Assembly: GCA_963848295.1 (NCBI GenBank) | Contig: CAWKDB010000002.1 | Coordinates: 1,120,001-1,184,000, forward strand | Origin: an uncultured delta proteobacterium | Lineage (GTDB): Bacteria; Myxococcota_A; Polyangia; Haliangiales; Haliangiaceae | DNA: 64,000 bases | Direction of reading: 5' to 3' | Shown here: one piece after another, positions 56,413 to 64,000 of the stretch | Numbering within the stretch: the first letter of the stretch is position 1 | Layout: each line of letters starts with the position of its first letter | Program-made: the position numbers and the translations under genes | The notes under the pieces: model-generated | Told to the model about the DNA's origin: nothing | The model's database searches: none | What the model saw: only the letters and a program-made list of their open reading frames with translations

Positions 56413-57224
56413 CCGCCACGCCGATCAAGCGCGCGATCCTGATCGCGGCCGGCCGAGGCAAGCGGCTCGGCGCGCACACCGACGACATTCCGAAGTGCAT
56501 GGTCGAGGTCGCGGGCCGGCCGATCCTGGGCTGGGTGTGGCGCGCGCTCGAGCGCGTCGGGGTCGAGGAGCTCGTCGTGATTCGCGGCTATCGCGGCGAC
56601 GTGCTCGAGGAGTTCGTGCGGTCGCTCGTGCCTCGCGCGGTGTTCGTCGACAACCTCGAGTGGCCGACCAACAACGTCTTGCTGTCGCTCGCGTGTGCGC
56701 GCGCGTATCTCGATCAGCCGACGTACCTGACCTATAGCGATATCGTGTTTTCGCCGGCGGTCGCCGCGGCGGCGGCGCGCTCGTCTGCCGAGATCGGGCT
56801 CGTCATCGACCGCGAGTTCCGCACGATCTACCAAGGCCGGACCGAACACCCGCTCGACGAGGGCGAGGTCTCCGATCTGCGGCCGGACGGTGCGGTCGCG
56901 CGGGTCGGCAAGCGTGCCCTGCCCGCTGGCGAGGCGGTCGGCGAGTTCATCGGCCTGGCCCGGCTCGGCGCCACCGGGGTCACGATCGCGGCGCGATCGC
57001 TCGACGTGCTCGCTGCTCGGTACGCGGCGATGCCCGAGGCTCCGTTCCAGCGCGCCGCTCGCTACCGCAACGCGTACCTGACCGACCTGTGGCAGGAGCT
57101 GATCGACGGCGGCGTCCGCATCGATCCGATCCTGATCGCGGGCCAGTGGCGCGAGATCGACACCGCTCAGGATCTCGACCGCGCGCGCGAGCTGCTACAG
57201 TCTCTCCCCAAGGAGTGGTCATGA
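56409..57224 (+). CDS. NTP transferase (phosphocholine/inositol-phosphate cytidylyltransferase-like)
   Basis: [11 protein letters not shown]...PKCM; YSD; GEFIG; WREIDT..DL. Confidence 0.88.
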   Translation: MTATPIKRAILIAAGRGKRLGAHTDDIPKCMVEVAGRPILGWVWRALERVGVEELVVIRGYRGDVLEEFVRSLVPRAVFVDNLEWPTNNVLLSLACARAYLDQPTYLTYSDIVFSPAVAAAAARSSAEIGLVIDREFRTIYQGRTEHPLDEGEVSDLRPDGAVARVGKRALPAGEAVGEFIGLARLGATGVTIAARSLDVLAARYAAMPEAPFQRAARYRNAYLTDLWQELIDGGVRIDPILIAGQWREIDTAQDLDRARELLQSLPKEWS

Positions 57225-57568
57225 AACGGGTCCTGTTCGCGTTGTTGATGCTCGCCGCGTGCGACAAGCCCACCGCGGACGACTGCCGCAAGGCGGAGCT
57301 CAACATGCAGCGGCTGCGTCACGTCGAAGACCAAGACCGGGCCAACCTCGAAGCGAGCGTGCGGCGCTGCCGCGGCGGCTCGAGCAAGGACACGGTCGCG
57401 TGCGTGATGGCCGCGAACACGGTCGAAGAGCTCGACAAGTGCGACAAGCAGATGCGCGGCGGCGGTCCCAAGAAGACCCAAACGCCGATCGAGCAGCTGA
57501 AGTCAGCCGGCAAACCGAGCGACACGCCGGCTCCCGGCTCGGGCTCCGCCGGCTCTGGCTCCCAGTAG
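57221..57568 (+). CDS. Small Cys-containing lipoprotein
   Basis: MKR..LAAC lipobox; RBS AGGAG. Confidence 0.75.
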   Translation: MKRVLFALLMLAACDKPTADDCRKAELNMQRLRHVEDQDRANLEASVRRCRGGSSKDTVACVMAANTVEELDKCDKQMRGGGPKKTQTPIEQLKSAGKPSDTPAPGSGSAGSGSQ

Positions 57569-58471
57569 GTGCGCGCCGCCGTCGTAGCGATCGCGGTGTG
57601 TGCGAGCTCGCTGCGCGCCGCCGCCGACCCGACGTTGATCGCGATCGTCGCAGCGCCCGATGCCGCTCATGCGATCGCGATCGGCCGTGCCGGCGAGGTC
57701 TACGAACCCGACGCGACCGGCTGGGTGCGGCGTACCGCCGGTGGCGTGTCGGTGGCGCTCGTCGTCGCGGCGCGCGCCGGTGCGACGATCATCGCGGGCG
57801 GCACGGACACCGCTGCGTTTCGGTTTCAGCGCGGGGTCTGGCACCTGCTCGCGATCGGCTATCACGCAAAGCCGTTGCTCGGCGCCGGGTCGCGCGCTAC
57901 GTGCGCGATCGGCCGTGCGGTGTACACCCTCGACCGCGAGCCGGCGGTGAAGCTGCCCGACGCGCCGACTCCGGTCATCCGGCTCGCCGCGTCGAGCGCG
58001 GGCGTCGCGATCGAGACCGAGCGCGGCGTGTTCCGCCGAGGCCGCACCGGCAAATGGCAGGCAATCGCGGGCTCGCCGCGCCACGTCGATCGACTCGTCA
58101 GCGATCGCTGGGCGATCGTCGGGCGGGCCGCCATCGACCTGACGACCGGCGCGACGACCGGGCCGCTCGGTCCGTTCGAAGCGGTGACCGCGACCGATGC
58201 CGGCGTGCTCCTCGTCGCTAGCGAAGCCGGTGGTAAGCTCGTGATCCGGACGTTCGCCGGCAAGAAGCGCCTCGAGACCTCGACTGTGGTCTCGCCCGCC
58301 TCGCCGATCGCCGGGATCGCGGCCGATGACGATGGCAAGCGCCTCGTCGTCGCGCTGCGCGATGGCCGGATCCTCGCGCGCGGCCGCGATGGCGCCTGGT
58401 CGACGACAACGGTTCGCGAACAGCTCCCGCCGGGGCACCCTGGCGCTCCGCCTGCGACGTCGCAGCAGTAG
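57569..58471 (+). CDS. Secreted beta-propeller-like hypothetical protein
   Basis: Signal peptide; beta-rich repeats; abuts upstream stop. Confidence 0.6.
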   Translation: MRAAVVAIAVCASSLRAAADPTLIAIVAAPDAAHAIAIGRAGEVYEPDATGWVRRTAGGVSVALVVAARAGATIIAGGTDTAAFRFQRGVWHLLAIGYHAKPLLGAGSRATCAIGRAVYTLDREPAVKLPDAPTPVIRLAASSAGVAIETERGVFRRGRTGKWQAIAGSPRHVDRLVSDRWAIVGRAAIDLTTGATTGPLGPFEAVTATDAGVLLVASEAGGKLVIRTFAGKKRLETSTVVSPASPIAGIAADDDGKRLVVALRDGRILARGRDGAWSTTTVREQLPPGHPGAPPATSQQ

Positions 58472-58517
58472 GCCGGCTTGCGCGGGGTGCCGCGACCACG
58501 CTACGCTGGAATGAGCG

Positions 58518-59309
58518 ATGGCTCCGCACGTGTTAGTCGCGGACGACGACGCCTGGATTCTCCGCATGGTCGCGACCGTGCTCGAGAAACGCGGCTACAG
58601 CGTCGAGACCGCAGTCGATGGCGAGGACGCGCTCGAACGCGCGCTCGCGCGACCGCCCGATCTGCTGATCACGGACGTGATGATGCCCAAGCTCGATGGC
58701 TGGTCGCTCGTCCGCCAGCTGCGGTCGCACACCGAGCTCGCGATGCTGCCCGTGATCTTCTTGACCGCGCTGTCCTCCGAGGACGACCGGATCCGCGGGT
58801 TCCGGCTCGGCGCAGATGATTACGTGACGAAACCGTTTCGGTTCGAGGAGCTCGATCTCCGCGTGGCGAAGACGCTGCGCCGCACCCAGCAGACGGTCCA
58901 GGAGACGCGCGAGCAGCTCAGTGGATCGGGGTTGCGCGGCGACCTGTCGCAAGTCGGGTTGTCGTCGTTGCTCGTGTTGATCGAGATGGAGCGCAAGACC
59001 GGCCTGCTCCAGCTGCGCGTCGTGGATGGGCCGAGTGCCCAGATCTTGGTGCGCGAGGGCAAGGTGGTGCACGCGCGGCTCGATCATGCGACCGAGCCGG
59101 TCGATGCGGAGTGCGTCTACTTCCTGTTGACCTGGAACGCCGGCGAGTTCGAGTTCGTGACCTGCGTCGTGGAGGGCGTCGATCGCGTCAACGTGTCGAC
59201 CACGCACCTGCTGATGGAAGGTGCGCGGCTGATCGACGAGTCCGATCCGTCGGCGAGCCAGACCGTGGCGACGATCCCGCCGATCGAACCGACCGACGAA
59301 GCGATCTGA
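58518..59309 (+). CDS. Response regulator fused to DUF4388
   Basis: VADDD, ITDVMMP, TKPF; LRGDL...ERKTG...WNAGEF. Confidence 0.9.
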   Translation: MAPHVLVADDDAWILRMVATVLEKRGYSVETAVDGEDALERALARPPDLLITDVMMPKLDGWSLVRQLRSHTELAMLPVIFLTALSSEDDRIRGFRLGADDYVTKPFRFEELDLRVAKTLRRTQQTVQETREQLSGSGLRGDLSQVGLSSLLVLIEMERKTGLLQLRVVDGPSAQILVREGKVVHARLDHATEPVDAECVYFLLTWNAGEFEFVTCVVEGVDRVNVSTTHLLMEGARLIDESDPSASQTVATIPPIEPTDEAI

Positions 59310-59310
59310 C

Positions 59311-59835
59311 GTGCGGCTTTACGAGCTGCAGCGGGTATTCGGCGGTCACATCCGCGACTACGCGGGTCGGCGCTGGCTAGACGCGACCATCGGCGGGCTG
59401 CGCGCGTTCGTGATTCGACGCACGACCGACGAGGGCGACGAGACGTTCGATCTCGCGATCTTCACGCCGACTACACGCGAGCGCGATCCGTTCTTCGCGC
59501 GCGACTCCGGCCACACCTGGCGGCTCGACGGCGACCCGGTGCTGCCCGTGCTGTGTGCCGGTTTTGTGTTCACCGGTTGCCATCGTGGAGTGCTGTTCGC
59601 TCGCGACACCGGCCAAGCCTCGCTGTCGGAGATGATCGGCGCGCTGTGGGAGCTCGCCCGGTTCGCGCGCGAGCCGTGGCGTCCGGTGGTCTTCAGGCGC
59701 GCCTCGGTCTGGACGCGCTATCGCACGTTCCTCGTCGATCGCGTGCTCCGCCCGGGGTGGGTCATGATCGCGCTGGTCGTGGTCATCTTGCTCGGCAGCC
59801 TCCGCGATCGCGCGCTCGACGTGACTCCGATCTAG
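59311..59835 (+). CDS. Hypothetical protein with C-terminal TM
   Basis: Abuts upstream stop; hydrophobic C-terminus. Confidence 0.5.
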   Translation: MRLYELQRVFGGHIRDYAGRRWLDATIGGLRAFVIRRTTDEGDETFDLAIFTPTTRERDPFFARDSGHTWRLDGDPVLPVLCAGFVFTGCHRGVLFARDTGQASLSEMIGALWELARFAREPWRPVVFRRASVWTRYRTFLVDRVLRPGWVMIALVVVILLGSLRDRALDVTPI

Positions 59836-59853
59836 CGATCTACCGCTTCGCTG

Positions 59854-60039
59854 CGGCTGCGGCTGCGGCACCGGCACCGGCAACGGCTGCGGCGACGGCT
59901 GCGGCACCGGCAACGGCTGCGGCTGCGGCAACGGCTGCGGCGACGGCACCGGCCCCGGCACCGGCGACGGCTGCGGCACCGGATTCGGATTCGGATTCGG
60001 ATTCGGATTCGGATTCGGATTCGGATTCGGATTCGGATT
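59854..60039. repeat. Hexamer array 1: 21 x CGGCNN then 10 x CGGATT
   Basis: Unbroken 6-nt register, intergenic. Confidence 0.9.
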
Positions 60040-60107
60040 CGGTACGGATTCGGCTCCCGCTTCGGCGATCCGGCAAAGGGTGCCGGAATCAGCGCCGGCG
60101 CGCGCGC

Positions 60108-60428
60108 TCACCGCGTGAGCCTGAACAGCATCGCGCGCACGCGATCGAGTGGCGTCTCGATGGCGGCCAAGTCCTCGGCGGTGATGTAGCCGCGTGCCCT
60201 CGCGATGAGCAGTGCGGTCGACAGCTCGCGCGCGCTGCCGAAGGCGCGGCGGAACATGTCGGGCCGATCGAGCCCGGCGCGCGCGCTCGCCTCGGCGATG
60301 TTGAGCGCAATGCTCTCGGCGGCGCGGCCGATCTCGTCGGCGAGCGACTTGCGCCGCGATCGGAGCTTCGGCTCGACCGGGGCGAGCTGTTCGAGGACGG
60401 TGAGCGATTGAGCGAGGACGTCGAGCAT
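60108..60428 (-). CDS. Four-helix-bundle protein (23S rRNA IVS protein/Avd-like)
   Basis: LADEIGRAAESIALNIAEA...FRRAFGSAREL; RBS GAAAGG. Confidence 0.88.
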   Translation of the reverse strand: MLDVLAQSLTVLEQLAPVEPKLRSRRKSLADEIGRAAESIALNIAEASARAGLDRPDMFRRAFGSARELSTALLIARARGYITAEDLAAIETPLDRVRAMLFRLTR

Positions 60429-60435
60429 GGTGTTG

Positions 60436-60664
60436 CCTTTCGTGGATGAGCGGACGCCCGATTCGCCGGGGCCGTCTCGCCCGTCGCGCCGCACTCGCGC
60501 CGGCGCCGTGACGAGCGCAGGCACAAATCTCCGCACGCGTCGGTCGATCCAACTCTGCGGCGGTCGTTCGCACGCGTCGGTGGTCTCGGCGCTCGGCGCG
60601 GTGCTGGCGCGAAGCGGCGCAGGGCGACGGCCCCGGCGAATCGGTGCGCCGCGAGCGCGAAAGG
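60436..60664 (-). ncRNA. Candidate structured 5' leader RNA, copy 1
   Basis: Perfect 19-bp arms 60458-60476/60626-60644; CCTTTCG/CGAAAGG at the ends; homologous to 60918-61140. Confidence 0.6.
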
Positions 60665-60667
60665 TGG

Positions 60668-60899
<232 letters not shown>

Positions 60900-60917
60900 C
60901 TTGGAACACTCGACGCT

Positions 60918-61140
60918 CCTTCGCTCGCGCCGATGGGCGGAACGTCTCTCTCGCCCTGCGCCGCTTCGCGCTTGTCCCGCGCCGAGCGCCGAGTGCGCCG
61001 GCGTGTGAGAGCGACCGCCGCGGAGTTGATCGGCCGGCGAGTGCGGTGGTCAGCGCCCGCGCTCGTCACGGGACCCGCGCGAGTGCGGCGCGACGGGCGA
61101 GAGAGAGACGTTCCTACCCATCGGCCACTCACCTCGGAGG
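60918..61140 (+). ncRNA. Candidate structured 5' leader RNA, copy 2
   Basis: Arms 60930-60950/61103-61124; CCTTCG can pair with the SD CGGAGG; shared blocks with copy 1. Confidence 0.6.
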
Positions 61141-61146
61141 ATCTTC

Positions 61147-61470
61147 ATGTCGTTCTACGCCCTCGACTTCGCCCTCGCCGTCCTGCACCAGCTCGCCCCG
61201 ATCGAGGCCAAGGTCCGCCGCACGCGCAAGTCACTCGCCGACGAGATCGTCCGCGCCGGCGAGAGCGTCGCGCTCAACCTCAGCGAAGGCCGCATGCGCA
61301 TCGGGCTCGATCGCCCCGACTTCTTTCGCCGCGCCGCCGGCAGCGCGAGCGAGCTCACCACCGCGCTGCTCATCGCGCAGGCGCGCGGCATCATCTCCGC
61401 CGAGGACTTCGCGGCGGTCGACGAGCCGCTCGACCACGTCCGCGCCATCCTCTGGCGGCTCACGCACTAG
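61147..61470 (+). CDS. Four-helix-bundle protein (paralog)
   Basis: LADEIVRAGESVALNLSEG...FRRAAGSASEL; RBS GGAGG; ~68/106 identical to 60108-60428 by hand. Confidence 0.88.
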   Translation: MSFYALDFALAVLHQLAPIEAKVRRTRKSLADEIVRAGESVALNLSEGRMRIGLDRPDFFRRAAGSASELTTALLIAQARGIISAEDFAAVDEPLDHVRAILWRLTH

Positions 61471-61645
61471 CGTTTGCGCCGGCCTCCGCGCCGGCCAACC
61501 CGATTTTTCGGCACCCTTCGCGCAACGCAAACGACAGCCCGGTGCGCCCGGCGGTGCCAGGCGTAAGCAGGATGTCAGCGCGAGAGCTCGCCTCGTAAAC
61601 TGCAGGATCCCGATAAACGTGTCACCAATGTCTTGAGCACTTCCA

Positions 61646-62653
<1,008 letters not shown>

Positions 62654-62777
62654 GCCCGGAGCATCGCACGGCCCAGCAGGATCAGCCCATCGCCGAGTTG
62701 CCGGTGTTCACCGCGAGTCAAGTCGCCTGCGGTGAACGCGCCGTCGAGCCAGTCGGCATCATCCTTCTCGGCTAATC

Positions 62778-63953
62778 CTACGGCCGAGTCGACCGCAGCG
62801 CGTAGGCGCGGAGGGACGCGCTCGGTGGCGTCGCCGGCCGATGACGACCGCGCGCACGCGGCGTCGTACACAGCGGACCGACATCGTGCAACGCGACGCC
62901 CCAGCTGCCGTCGGCGCGCAGTCCGGCGACGCCGTAGCGCAACACGCCATCGAGCTGGCCGGTATGCGACTTGTCACCGAACGTGCTCGACGGCAAGCCG
63001 ACGACCGCGACCGGTGCATCGGGATCACCGAACGTGCCGGCGGTGAGCGAATGGCGATGACCGTGGCAGACCAGCACGTGGTTGCGGCGATCGCGCCGGC
63101 GATACGCGATCACGATCGCCGCGAACCGATCGGAGTCGACCGCGGTGTTGTACCAGGCGTCGGGTTGCGCGAACTCGCGGTCGCGCCACACGTGATGGTG
63201 AGTGACGCACAACACCGGACCGCGCGAGCCCGCGAGCACCTCCTCGAGTCGATCGAGCTGGGGGTCGCCGAATCGCCCGATCGCATTCGACAGGACGTGG
63301 GTCGAACGATGCCGACACGAGTCGAGCAAGATGATCGTGGCCGGGCCAGCATCACCGACGATCGCATCGACGAGCGGGAACTCGCCGAGCGGGCCGGCGT
63401 GGCGTTGGTAGGCTTGCTCGCGCCGAGCTCGGCGCACGAGGTCGTAGTCTTCGTCGAACGGACGGTTGAAGCAAATGTCGTGATTGCCGGGCACCATTCG
63501 ATGTGACAGCCCGGGGACGTCGTCGATCACCCCTCGCAGCGTCGCCCATTCGGCGGCGTCGCCGGTGTCGACCTCGTCGCCGCACCAGATCACGGTCCGA
63601 GCCGAGTGCCGCGCGACGTGACCGAGGACCCGGCGGACGCCGCTCGCGATCTCGCCGCCGGTCGGCAACGCACGCCACGGCCATTGCCCCGGATCGAGCT
63701 CGAGCTCGCACGGCGCGGCGCGCGGGGCCACGACGTGGGTATCGGACACCAAGCTGCAGACTTCGACGAGCTGGTCCGCCGCGACGAGCAGCTCTGGGCA
63801 CGAGCGCAGCACCGGCGCGCGCCGAACACGAAGGCCCACCTCGATCGCGACTCGCAGCCCGGGTAACGCGAGCCCGGGCCGGCGCGCCACGTACGACGCG
63901 GTCAGCGCTAGCAACGACGCCGGGCCGCGCAGCCAGTCGCGAATCGCCACCAC
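62778..63953 (-). CDS. Calcineurin-like metallophosphoesterase (5' end may lie beyond the window)
   Basis: SDTH, CGD.VD, PGNHD, HHH, HGHRH motifs. Confidence 0.85.
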   Translation of the reverse strand: MVAIRDWLRGPASLLALTASYVARRPGLALPGLRVAIEVGLRVRRAPVLRSCPELLVAADQLVEVCSLVSDTHVVAPRAAPCELELDPGQWPWRALPTGGEIASGVRRVLGHVARHSARTVIWCGDEVDTGDAAEWATLRGVIDDVPGLSHRMVPGNHDICFNRPFDEDYDLVRRARREQAYQRHAGPLGEFPLVDAIVGDAGPATIILLDSCRHRSTHVLSNAIGRFGDPQLDRLEEVLAGSRGPVLCVTHHHVWRDREFAQPDAWYNTAVDSDRFAAIVIAYRRRDRRNHVLVCHGHRHSLTAGTFGDPDAPVAVVGLPSSTFGDKSHTGQLDGVLRYGVAGLRADGSWGVALHDVGPLCTTPRARGRHRPATPPSASLRAYALRSTRP

Positions 63954-64000
63954 CGGAGCACACCACGGCTCCGCGACAACTCTGCGACGCGACGATCACG

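Overview
High-GC window, most likely from a Myxococcota (Kofleriaceae/Haliangiales-like) chromosome. This is inferred from three large membrane-anchored Ser/Thr kinases, a MYXO-CTERM-like tail, DUF4388 proteins and Cys-rich lipoproteins. Most of the window is core or envelope genes (kbl end, bolA, panE, xth, cobW-type GTPase, carB, greA, CDP-alcohol phosphotransferases, response regulators). Two regions stand out. (1) An ~8.8 kb accessory island (~9.9-18.7 kb) lies between two inverted ~175-nt rod-like hairpins that share a 109-nt core but have different, still-paired outer stems. It holds a complete 2.3 kb DDE IS with TIRs and a 6-bp TSD, a HUH/Y1 (RAYT-like) transposase with REP-like ends plus a near-identical truncated copy, probable IS256 end remnants, gene fragments and a GAF-GGDEF gene. 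(2) A locus at ~59.8-61.9 kb has two divergent four-helix-bundle (IVS-protein/Avd-like) genes. Each is preceded by a homologous ~225-nt rod-like leader whose outer stems differ but still pair and whose base covers the Shine-Dalgarno, and the pair is interleaved with three CGG-NNN hexamer arrays. This is my best candidate for an undescribed protein-plus-structured-RNA system. A giant SIR2-like/TPR fusion with a degenerate active site is also notable. I saw no tRNA, rRNA or CRISPR array. All calls come from motif recognition by eye; no searches or folding programs were run.
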